Source: Patescibacteria group bacterium
GTDB lineage: Bacteria; Patescibacteriota; Patescibacteriia; JBAZBY01
Direction of reading: 5' to 3'
DNA length: 64,000 nt
NCBI GenBank assembly: GCA_041671225.1
Contig: JBAZBY010000001.1
Location: 430,940-494,939, forward strand
This document shows positions 47,282 to 57,800 of the stretch, piece by piece. Made by a program: the position numbers and the translations under genes. The notes under the pieces are model-generated. The model did not search any database. It was not told where the DNA came from and saw only the letters and a program-made list of their open reading frames with translations. The first letter of the stretch is position 1; each line of letters opens with the position of its first letter.

Positions 47282-48388
47282 TTGTCATTCCCGCGAAAGC
47301 GGGAATCCATTGTGATAATAAGAGTGGATGCCCGCCTGCGCGGGCATGACATAGAAAAAGCTATGACCCTACAAGAATATCTTCAAGCACAGCTTGAGCA
47401 GAGCGCGCGCTATACATTAACCGATGCGGATCGTGTGCTTATTGAACATGACGGTATGGAGGCATTCATCTTTAAAACACTCATGCGCAAGCCATTCAGA
47501 AAATGGGCACTACCAGAAGAATTATTACAGCGTATCCATAAGGCGATTCAGTATTCAGTGCAACAGAACGAGCCGATTCACTGTGTCTGGCCATTTGGCG
47601 GATATAAGCTTTGGAGACTTCCCTCTAGTCCAGAAGTCGATTGGGCTGAGTTTTTTTCGATTCTTTATTTTAATGAATATTTTTCTCCAATTACTGCGGC
47701 GTACTCGCCCGGGGTACGTTTTGTATTCACGTCCGATGATCATCTCTTAACGCAACTCAGTAATATTCCTCAAACTGAGACAGATGCATATTGTGATTCA
47801 CTGGAACGCCTGATTGCTGTACTGGCAAAGTCATTGCCAAACAACATGCAATTCTTTTTGTTGCGTTTTGCAGCTATTATAGAAAAAAATAAAACGGCGT
47901 ATGTGGAGCAGCTTGCTAAGGCAGTGCATGAACAGGAAAAGATTTTTAGTCGTGTATCTGAAGAATCACGCGCAGCGGAGTTGCGTAAAGCAGCATTGAA
48001 TATTCGTTGGGACGGTGCGGAGAATCTTACTGGAATAACCGAAGAAGAGAAGCGGAGGTTTATTGAGAAAGCGCCAGTTCTTCACGATGCTCATTATAGT
48101 ACGCCACTCGTACGGGAATATTATGCTCAACAAGGTCTTCTTGAAGTGTTTACAACAAAGTTTGGTTCAAATATCGCCATTGGGACAACAAAATCATCTC
48201 GTACAAAATTCTGGACCGGTTTCGGTATTTTGGAGAAACATAAAGATTCCTGGCAACCGCGTATTCTTTCTCCTCAACAATTTGAGAAAGCAAAAGACAT
48301 GCCGCATGACGTCGTGCCAAGCGACCTTATTCCACTGAAGAATTTCACCGAGATCTGGACGTTCCCTGAAGCGTTTTCATTTAGTTAA
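47282..48388 (+). CDS. hypothetical protein (368 aa); probable true start at the Met at 47360
   Basis: First 26 codons of the track ORF run through two GC hairpins. No recognisable motifs. Confidence 0.45.
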   Translation: MSFPRKRESIVIIRVDARLRGHDIEKAMTLQEYLQAQLEQSARYTLTDADRVLIEHDGMEAFIFKTLMRKPFRKWALPEELLQRIHKAIQYSVQQNEPIHCVWPFGGYKLWRLPSSPEVDWAEFFSILYFNEYFSPITAAYSPGVRFVFTSDDHLLTQLSNIPQTETDAYCDSLERLIAVLAKSLPNNMQFFLLRFAAIIEKNKTAYVEQLAKAVHEQEKIFSRVSEESRAAELRKAALNIRWDGAENLTGITEEEKRRFIEKAPVLHDAHYSTPLVREYYAQQGLLEVFTTKFGSNIAIGTTKSSRTKFWTGFGILEKHKDSWQPRILSPQQFEKAKDMPHDVVPSDLIPLKNFTEIWTFPEAFSFS

Positions 48389-48412
48389 GGAATCTGGTAC
48401 GCTACTTTCACT

Positions 48413-49006
48413 ATGGCATTCCAAATAAAAGACCTTCCATTCGGCAAAGATGCGCTCAAGGGCATTTCTGAGAAAACAACGGAGATTCACCATGACAAGC
48501 TTTATGCTGGCTATGTCAACAAACGCAATGAGATTGCGGAGGCTTTGGAGAGTGCGGATCGCAGCAAAGCGAACCAGGCATACAGCCCGTTCCGCGCATT
48601 GAAGCTAGAAGAAACCTTTGCAGCAGACGGTGCGATTTTACATGAGATCTATTTTGACTCACTTGGCGGCGACGGCAGCCTTCCTGATGGCGCATTCAAG
48701 CAGAAGATAGTAGAAGACTTCGGCTCGTGGGAGAAGTTTGTTGAGGATGCGACGGCAACGGCCATGGCCGCGCGCGGCTGGGCAGTGACCGCGTATGATC
48801 CCTCGGACGGGAAGATCCGCAATTTTCTCTGCGATATGCATAACCAGGGCGGCGTGTGGGGCAGTGTTCCGCTATGGACCATCGACTGCTACGAACACGC
48901 ATACTTTATTGATTACGGCGCAGATCGCGGGGCATATATCAAAGCGGTGTTTGAGAATGTGAATTGGGCTGCAGTAGCAAAACGCTACGACGCGGCAAGC
49001 GCGTAG
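48413..49006 (+). CDS. Fe/Mn-family superoxide dismutase
   Basis: 197 aa. HHDKLYAGYVN and DCYEHAYFIDYGADR (DxWEHAYY-type motif). Confidence 0.88.
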   Translation: MAFQIKDLPFGKDALKGISEKTTEIHHDKLYAGYVNKRNEIAEALESADRSKANQAYSPFRALKLEETFAADGAILHEIYFDSLGGDGSLPDGAFKQKIVEDFGSWEKFVEDATATAMAARGWAVTAYDPSDGKIRNFLCDMHNQGGVWGSVPLWTIDCYEHAYFIDYGADRGAYIKAVFENVNWAAVAKRYDAASA

Positions 49007-49079
49007 GAAATAAAAAAAAGAATAGCATACACTCCTAACGCCAGCGTCTGGAGAGTTTTTCTATATCCGCAATAGTGTT

Positions 49080-49757
49080 TTACGCCTTCGGTAACTGTGC
49101 AATAACTTCGTCAGCCGATGCAAAAAATTGCACGTTTTCCATGTATTGCGCGGGAAGCGCGCGCATGTTCACCATCGTCTGCAGCATTGGTGTCCAGTAA
49201 TTACTGATGAACACCATTTGCGGAAGCTGTTCCGGGTGATATTGGTGGTCATGCAAATGAACGACCGCGCGAAGAAGTTGCTGCAATGTTCCGATGCCAC
49301 CCTGGAAGATCACCATGATCGGCGGGCATGTTGCGAGAATTTCAATACGCTGCGAAGGAGAGTTCACCATCGCGTACTCATGCTTCATGCGCTGCTTTTT
49401 TTCATCAATTTCAGGGTAGAGCACGCCAATGACATTTTGACCTCCACCCTTTGAACTTGCCTGCATGATTCCTTTTTTTCGACCGCCATTTAACACAATA
49501 CCGCCGAGTTCCACGATGGTTGCAGCGAGTTTTTTGGCGTCTTCTGCGTGAGGGTGATTCATGGGCATGTCTTCCCCACCGCCATTGATAGAGACAACGA
49601 GTCCTTCACTCTCAAACGTACCCAAAAGCTCTTTTGATGATTTGTGAAGATGAGCCCATGCTTTTTCACGTTTAATTTCAGCTTCCTGCATGACCTCGCC
49701 AAAAAAACGTCGCTTACGCAGATCGTACAAATTACCCGAGGTTGCCATATGTTTCAC
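49080..49757 (-). CDS. LOG-family (TIGR00730, lysine-decarboxylase-like) nucleotide-binding protein
   Basis: 225 aa. INGGGED and FQGGIGTLQQL (PGGxGTxxE motif). Confidence 0.7.
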   Translation of the reverse strand: MKHMATSGNLYDLRKRRFFGEVMQEAEIKREKAWAHLHKSSKELLGTFESEGLVVSINGGGEDMPMNHPHAEDAKKLAATIVELGGIVLNGGRKKGIMQASSKGGGQNVIGVLYPEIDEKKQRMKHEYAMVNSPSQRIEILATCPPIMVIFQGGIGTLQQLLRAVVHLHDHQYHPEQLPQMVFISNYWTPMLQTMVNMRALPAQYMENVQFFASADEVIAQLPKA

Positions 49758-50179
49758 ATTAATAGGTAAACGTAGTTGTAGCGTAGCATCAAATAGTAAT
49801 GCGTCAACGGTATGCTGAATGAGTATTGTGGGATTTCAGTAATCGCTGTTCCAATAAAGAGCAGGTCGCCAAAGATCCGCAACATTAAAAAATAAAGACC
49901 CAAAAATAATCATGACAGTCTTGAAGGCGACTCCCTCTTATCCCCGCATGGTATCTGCATCTGCCGCCAAACTACTTTTTTTTCTTGGCTCTGGCTTCAA
50001 GCATGAGTTTTTTTATTGCAAGCCTTTTTGCAGTTTTGTGGGATCGAGATTTTTGTCTGTCATTCACGCCGTGATATTTTCTTTTCATGTGTTTTTCTTG
50101 AATAATGTTCTAAGGCATTCTAACGAAAAATATGGAGATATTCAAGGCTGGCTCCATCAATACTTGCAAACGTGTTTGC

Positions 50180-50254
50180 TGGGGCGACCAGAGGGTTACG
50201 ATCCCTCGTCCCCGGGACCACAACCCGGTGTTCTACCATTGAACTATGATCGCC
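50180..50254 (-). tRNA. tRNA-His (anticodon GTG) with genome-encoded G-1 and discriminator C73
   Basis: Reverse complement G-GCGATCATAGTTCAATGGTAGAACACCGGGTTGTGGTCCCGGGGACGAGGGATCGTAACCCTCTGGTCGCCCCA. Anticodon loop TTGTGGT. Extra 5' G pairs with C73. T-loop reads ATCGTAA (non-canonical). Confidence 0.8.
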
Positions 50255-50489
50255 ACGTCCAACACGGATTTCGGCCTTCGTCCCGCCGAGCGGGACTCCG
50301 CCCTCAATCACGTGTTCTCCTCTTCCCCATAAACGTGTGCTCGACCTCGCTTACGGTACTCACTCGCTACACTCATTCGTACCTACTCGGTCTGCGCACC
50401 CCGTTCATGGGGGCCCCAGGGATTAGGGGAGTTAAATGCCAAACGATTCTAGTGCAATTGTAACATGAAGTCAATGCTATACTAGAAAT

Positions 50490-51494
50490 ATGAACTTTAA
50501 TCGTATGTGGTTTATTGTCGGTTATCTCTTGCTTCTGTTGTTTTTTGGTGGACTGGCGGTTTATTCTTTTACACAGTTCAGTCAGGGCATACGCGCATTG
50601 CCTGATGATTTTGGCACGTCAGTGCAGGTACGGGATCCAGTACAACCGGCACAAGACGTAAACGGAGCAGAAGTGGAATCCCTATCCCTGACAGAACGCG
50701 CACCGATGACTTTGTTGTTTGCCGGGGATGTCATGCTGTCCCGCTATGTGGATACACTTATTCAGCGCGCAGGTACGCCGGACATGCCATGGGAACTCAT
50801 GGCGGATTCCACGCAACATGCGGATATTTTTTTTGTGAATCTTGAGGCGCCTTTTTCAGATGTCGGGCCGTATGACGACGAAAATATGGTGTTTCATGTG
50901 CGGCCGGACTATGTGAGTGGATTGAACTTTGCCGGTGTTGATGTTGTTTCTTTTGCGAACAATCACTGGCGGGATGCGGGCGATAGCGGTGTTAAAAAAA
51001 CAAAAGAGACGCTTGCGGATAACGACATCGCGTATGCACTACCCGGCGAACCGACGCTCATGGAGCGGCGTGGCTGGCGTATCGGATTCACTGCCGGTGC
51101 GTATACCATCGGGTTGAATCAGGATACGCTCAAAGCGGATGTTGCTTCACTTCAGGATCAGGGTGCGGATTTTATCGTGAGCAGCATGCATGCGGGCGTG
51201 GAATATCAAAAGACACCGAGCACATCTCAGGAAACCTATGCGCATGCGGCCATTGATGCCGGAGCAGATCTTGTGGTGGGACATCATCCGCATGTGACGC
51301 AGACCATTGAAGAGTACAACGGTGGGTACATCGTGTATTCGCTCGGCAACTTCATATTCGATCAGTTCTGGAGCGCAGACACGCTGCGAGGGCAGGTGCT
51401 GGATGTGTTCTTAAGCGAAGACAATTCAACGTACGCGTTGAGGGACATCACCATAAACAACAAGACACAGCCAAGCCTGGTTGAGATTCGTTGA
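50490..51494 (+). CDS. CapA/PgsA-family metallophosphoesterase (poly-gamma-glutamate capsule synthesis-like)
   Basis: 334 aa. N-terminal TM, LLFAGDVML, SFANNHWRD, SSMHAGVEY, VVGHHPHV metallophosphatase motifs. Confidence 0.8.
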   Translation: MNFNRMWFIVGYLLLLLFFGGLAVYSFTQFSQGIRALPDDFGTSVQVRDPVQPAQDVNGAEVESLSLTERAPMTLLFAGDVMLSRYVDTLIQRAGTPDMPWELMADSTQHADIFFVNLEAPFSDVGPYDDENMVFHVRPDYVSGLNFAGVDVVSFANNHWRDAGDSGVKKTKETLADNDIAYALPGEPTLMERRGWRIGFTAGAYTIGLNQDTLKADVASLQDQGADFIVSSMHAGVEYQKTPSTSQETYAHAAIDAGADLVVGHHPHVTQTIEEYNGGYIVYSLGNFIFDQFWSADTLRGQVLDVFLSEDNSTYALRDITINNKTQPSLVEIR

Positions 51495-51665
51495 TATGCT
51501 CTGGTACCCCCGGAAGGAATCCCCGCCTTCGTCCCATACCGAGACTTCGGCGGGTCCGCCGTAGCTCTTCCGAGAGCGGAGGCGGAGAAACCTACATCTT
51601 GGGTGGCTTACACACCTACGTCCTTACGGGCTATGGTGGGCAGGAAGTTCTCAAACAAATATTCT

Positions 51666-51740
51666 TGGTGCCCCGTGAGGGAGTCGAACCCCCATTAGCG
51701 GCTTAGAAGTCCGCAGTTCTATCCGTTGAACTAACGGGGC
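51666..51740 (-). tRNA. tRNA-Arg (anticodon TCT)
   Basis: Reverse complement GCCCCGTTAGTTCAACGGATAGAACTGCGGACTTCTAAGCCGCTAATGGGGGTTCGACTCCCTCACGGGGCACCA. Loop CTTCTAA, 4-bp anticodon stem plus one mismatch. Confidence 0.8.
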
Positions 51741-51852
51741 TAGCGAAGCGACCATACCAAAAAAAATCATGTATGGTCAATGACGGAGCAATACATTCGT
51801 AGAAAGGTGGTGTTTTGTGGCATAATAAAAGATTACAGGGGGCTATGTTTTC

Positions 51853-54800
51853 ATGAGAAAGCCTAAAAAAATAAAGCGAAAGCAAAACGCAACCAGGGGG
51901 ACGCGATTCTTTTCTCTGGCGCTGGGTATCATTGTGGCGCTGGGTCTTCTTATTGTGCTTTGGCCCCAAACACTTGAGGAGCCTGAACGCCCTTTACGCA
52001 AGAGTATTCTCGGGCTCGAACAGCGCTTTCTCATCCCCGGCACGTGCACCGGATGGCATGAATCCGCGCGCGCAAAAGAGACTGATCTTCTTGGTTCTTC
52101 TGCTCGTGATGCATTTGATGATTCTAATAGTGCGTTTATCCCTGGCAAAGAGGCAGTGCTTGGTGTTGGGAATATTGAGTTAGAGGATGTGAGCACAGAA
52201 TTGCGTTGTGACAGCTTTGCTTTTCCAGAAGATATTGAACCGAATGCGTTGCTGGAAAATATATTCCTTCGTCTTTCGCTTGCCGCAGATGGAGTGCCTG
52301 ATAATGAAGATGTGCTGGCACTGTCATATAGCACAGATGACGGAGCAAGCTGGCATACGCTTGAATCCTTTCCGCTTATTGACGAGCTAAGCAATAATAT
52401 CAACGACGGTTTTTTTCGTTATGAACTGCCAGAACTGACTGATCCAAAAAATCAACTGGGGCATCTTATATTTCGGGCGGAGTATTACCCTGGATTCATT
52501 GAGCAGCACAGCCAAGCACTGATTGATGGCGTGAATATCGCCATGTCCTTTCAGACCGACCCCGAGGAGTTTGATGTAGATGCTACGCCATTAGAAGCAG
52601 TACAGATTGCGAAAGGAGATTTTCAGATGTTTGAAGATCCGGTCATACGGGTGGATATTGAAGAGCGTAGCGCGTTGAGTTTTATTGGCATTGGTGCCAC
52701 AAAACGCGAGGTGACGAACATTAAAGTCACTGATCCGGTTGGTACTATCATCCCTGACGTTGCAGTATCTGAAGTAAAAAAGGGCAAAAAGACCATTGCT
52801 GAATATCGGATTGATGAAACGCAGTTTACTCAGCCTGGGCAGTATCAGGTGCAGATTGAAATCACACAGGACGGGGAAACATACCTCATCACCCAGGATT
52901 TCACCTGGGGCGTGCTAGCGCTGAACGTGCTGAAGTCCGTTGCGCTCCCGGGCGAGACCGTGAATGCCGGCATGGCGGTGCTCACTCCCGGCGGCAATAC
53001 GCTCTGCGATGCGGAATTGGAACTGATCGTCACCAGCCCGTCTGGGACGCGCGAGACCTTCCGCACAACGGATGGCACCATAGCGCTTTCATCCGAATGC
53101 GGCCCGGAGACCGTGACCAACGTGCCGGATTATGCGGCATCATTCACCGCAATCGAGGTTGGACTACACGGCTTGGCACTCACTGCGCGCACGGAGTATG
53201 GCGAGTACACCATCACCGACGCGCTTGACGTCCGCGCGAGCGTGCCGTTTGATGTGACACGGCTCGGCCCGACGCGCATCTATCCGGAGGCGGACTATAC
53301 GATGTATATGGAAGTGGTCCCCACGCAGGATCTGCTGGGCACGGTGGAAGAATTCGTTCCGGCGGGCTTTGTCTTGAGCAACGTGTCCGATGGCGGCGAA
53401 GAGCGCGCCATCAGCGACGCGCAAAAAGCAGTACGCTGGCTGGTGGACTGGAAGGCGGGGCAATCATATACCCTTTCTTACACATTTGATGCGCCGAATG
53501 TGAGCCCGGAATTTTATTTGCTCGGCCCTGCAACATTCGGTGCGTCGTTCGTTGAAGCACGGCAATGGCAGATCGCTTCTGATGCAACGGATAACATGCT
53601 CGCTTTTTGGGCAGGCGGTGATCCGCCAGCAGGGTGGACGTGCGTGTCTTGCGGCTCCGGTGACTTTTACCAGAAGTTTCCCCGCGGCGCTGCCACTTAC
53701 GGCGGAACAGGCGGCGCAGCGACCCATAACAATCACTCCATCTCATGGGTATCTACCACTGGCACAATTACTCCTCCATTTTCAAATATTGGTGGTGCTG
53801 TAACTGTTGCAGCAAAAGTTCATACCCATCCATGGATAAGTAGTGCCAGCATGGGCAGCGGCACATTGCTGCCGGCCTATCAGAATCTGAAGGTCATTCG
53901 GTATGACACCACCGGCACCCCGGCGACCATTCCCTCTGGCGTGATTTTGATGTTTGATGCCGCTCCGACCGGATCTTGGTCGCGCTACACAGCCCAGGAC
54001 AACGATATGATTTATGGCGAGAATGACGCCACTGGTACTGGCGGGACAGCGACGCATACTCATGGCAGCGTCGGTTATACTGTGGATTCATCTACTGAGA
54101 CATCTACACCTCAATTTGGTATGGGCGGTGTTTTTGGGGCAGTAAACGGACATCAGCATACTGTTTCTGGTGCAACCACTGCTTCAGGTAATCATACACC
54201 TCCTTATTTAGGCGTGCTTCTTTATTCAGCCACTGCTGATAATACCCTGCCAAGTGACGCCATAGCCATGTGGGATGACACCCCGGCTGACACAGATTGG
54301 TCTGTGGTTTCAGGCGCTGCCCAATCCTATAATGGTAAATTTTTAATGGGCGTATCCTCATATACTGGGACTCCCGGAGGCAATTCCACCCATAATCATA
54401 GCAACCTCGGCAGTACTACCAGTGCGCCAACAGGCGGAACAGTTGAAGCGGAAGGAGGAACTAAAGGAACTGGTGCAGTTAGTACCCACACTCATACAGC
54501 CACCGTTTCTTTCGGAAATGTGAATAATCTGCCGCCGTACATTGATGTGATCATGGCAAAGTATACTGCGCCTGTTGGCATAGATATTTCAGGGCGTATT
54601 TATACCGATGAAGGATCCACCGGGCTTGATTGCGGCACGCCGCGCACGGTGCATCTCCGCATCAATGGTTCCGGAACAGACACGGTTGAGTGTTCCAATT
54701 CGCCGTCCAATGGCTCTTTTTCATTCAGTGGTGTTTTTGTTGACTCGGCGGATATTGTCACCCTCTATCTTGATAACGAGACCGAGGAGGCGACCACGGT

Positions 54801-57800
54801 TTTTGTTTCCGACGGCACTTCGCAGACCGACGTGGCGCTGTATCAAGATTTCGTCGTCGTGCGCGCGGATACCGGTTCCATCATCAATGCGAATCTTGTC
54901 ACCGGAGATGATGCAGATGATGACGTGAAGTATAACGTAGCGTCCAGCAACCTCACCGTCGATTCCGGCTTTGCTTTGCACGTCTGGACCGGAGATACCT
55001 TTGCGCCCGGAGGCACGGTGACCATGCAAGGAGCTGGCGGCAGTGTGCATATCAACACATCCGCAACGCTCAACATGGCCGGGAGCGCGCTCTCCGTCAC
55101 CGGAAGTTTTGATAACGACGGAACATACACCCCAGGAGCGAACTTAACGTACTTCGCCGCTCCTTCCGGCACCGTTACCATAAGTTCAGCAAGCGCATTC
55201 AACAATATTTCATTCAATGAAGATGGCGGGCCGGTGACCTATACGCATTCTTCAGCCCTCGACGTGAACGGGACCTTCACGCTATTGGACGGGACCTTCC
55301 AACAGGGAGCGAATGTGAACCTGAATATCGCCGGCAACATCGAATTAGCGAACGCATCGACGTTCACCAAGGCTTCCGGCACCGGACTTTTGATCCTTGA
55401 CGGGGATCTGACATTTTTTGATTGGCACGCGTCAAAACAGGATATGGGAAATGTGCACATCGGGACGTCGCCTGACACCACGGATCTTACAAGCGACATG
55501 GCCGCAACATCGCTTACGGTGAATGCCGCTGATATTTTCAACACGAACGGTTATGACCTTGATATCGGAACGGGGGGCATCACCGTTTCCGGTACGCTTG
55601 ATGCAACGGATGACGCTGAGGGGGATGATACGAGCATCAATACCGAAGGGCTGTTCGATTTGAACAGCGGCGCAACATTCACGCAGGATCAGAGTACGGT
55701 GACGTTTGACGCAACGTCCGGTACTGATGGCATCACCGATGATGCAACGCTCACATTCTACAACCTTGTGCTTAATGATGCTGGCGGTTCGCTTCAGGTC
55801 GACGCGGTGAACAGTTTTGAAGTGAGCAACAACCTCACCATTACCAACGGTACGCTGAATATTGCGAGCGGCCAGACCGTGACGCATAACGGTGCAACGC
55901 TCACGCTTTCAGATATCATCAGCGGCGCCGGCCGGCTCACGTACACGAGCGCAACGGCGTTCCCGGCCACCGGTACCATATCTTCCATATTGCGTTTTGA
56001 CGCGACCGGCGGGAACCAGACCATGAGTGCGCGAACGTATGGGGGCAACGTGGAAGTGTACAACAACAGCGCGAGCACGCGCACAGTGACGGCAGCAGCA
56101 GGGACAGAAACGCTGAGCGCGAATCTGGATCTTTCCACAGGCAACGCCGCGGTGACGCTTGATCTGAATGCGAACAACCCGACATTCGATGTGGCCGGGA
56201 ATGTGACCATCGGCGCGAGCACAACGCTCATTGCGACGACGAGCGCATTCACCGTGGCTGGAAACTGGGACAACAACGGCACCTTCACGCATTCCAGCGG
56301 CACGGTCACCATGGATGCTGCGGATACGGACAACACGATCGAGTGCGGAGCATCTTCGTTCAATGCGCTGACGCTGGCCGGAAGCGACAGCAGCGGCACG
56401 TGGACCGCGCAAACGGACAATTGCACCGTGGCCGGAACATTGAATGTGGATACCAGTGACGTCCTGACCATCACCACTGTTACCGTGACGCATTCAGGCG
56501 CAACGCTCACGCTCAACGGAACGATTTCCGGCACGGGCCGTCTGACGTATTTGAGCGCGACCAACTTTCCTACCTCTGGGACCATCTCGTCCATCCTGCG
56601 TTATGATATGACTGCTACAGCCCAGAATGTCACCAACCGGACGTATGGCGGCTTGGTGGAGATCTATGCGAACACCGCGTCAACACGTTCAGCAACGGCA
56701 CTCGCCGGCACCACTGTGATGACCGGCGGACTGACGCTTTCCACGGGCAATGCCGCAGTCACCTTTGACCAGACGACAAGCGACCCGACGCTCACGGTAA
56801 CAGGAACCGTGACCATCGGTACAGGAACGACCTTCAGCGCCAGCAACAGCGCCACAACATCTTTTGCCGACAGCTATATCAACAATGGAACATTTACTGC
56901 CAACAGCGGAATAATCACCTTCACGGCAACGGATGCAGGCAATACACTTTCTGGCACGCTCAACGGGTCATCCGCTTTTTATAAAGTTAGATTCAACGGC
57001 ACGGGCGGCGAATGGACCACGCAGGACCCCATGCTCATCTCCGCAGCCAATGACGCTGCTACGCTTCAACTATATGCCGGAACCGTGACGGTCGGAAATG
57101 GTAATGGCGATAATTTCGAGGTGGACGGCAGAGTTGTCATTGCCGGGAACGTCGGTGAAACGGCAACACTGCAGACTGCCGCACTTGCTGAAGGCAGCTC
57201 ACTCATTTTTGACATGAATGCCAACACATCCACACCAACGTGCGCAAACTGTTATGTGCAGGTTGGGGTAGGCGGCGGTGCTGGTACCGGAATATTCAAA
57301 GTACAGAAGAATACTATTCTGCGCCTCAACCCGCGCTCCGCAGCAACAGCATCAGATACCGGTGTCCAAGTGCAGACCACCGGAAATTTTCAAGTCGTCG
57401 GTTCACTTGATGATTCTGGTACGTCAGATAGCACGACCAACGAAACGACGCTTACCGATACCACGAAGGCCTGGACGACCGACGCGCACATCGGAAAGAA
57501 GATGCGCATTTCTAATACGAGTTCCCTTGCCTACGGCCGCGTGTATCCCATTACCGCCAACACTGCGACCGCGCTCACATACACCACCACGGCGTCGGCC
57601 AGCTCCACCATCGCGTCCATCACCAACACCGGCGCCAACCCCACGCGCATCATCTGTTCCGCGTCGAACGCCTTGATCACGGCGGACGACGCAGGTATCG
57701 GACGATATCTCCACGATACAACCGGTACAGCAGGCTATTTCCAGATCGTTGACTCCACGAACAATAATGCGTCATGTTCTTCCAATGACTCATTTGTCAT

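Noticed and set aside
49912-50463. 183-aa plus-strand ORF
   Set aside because: It runs across tRNA-His on the opposite strand and a non-coding leader. Composition is Ser/Pro/Leu-rich with no SD.
50268-51560. Shared motif gccttcgtccc followed by a short hairpin near tRNA-His (50268) and 3' of tRNA-Arg-TCT (51521)
   Set aside because: Only ~11 nt of exact identity with different contexts and orientations relative to the tRNAs. Probably chance.
51491-51706. 71-aa plus ORF
   Set aside because: It overlaps tRNA-Arg(TCT). Spurious.
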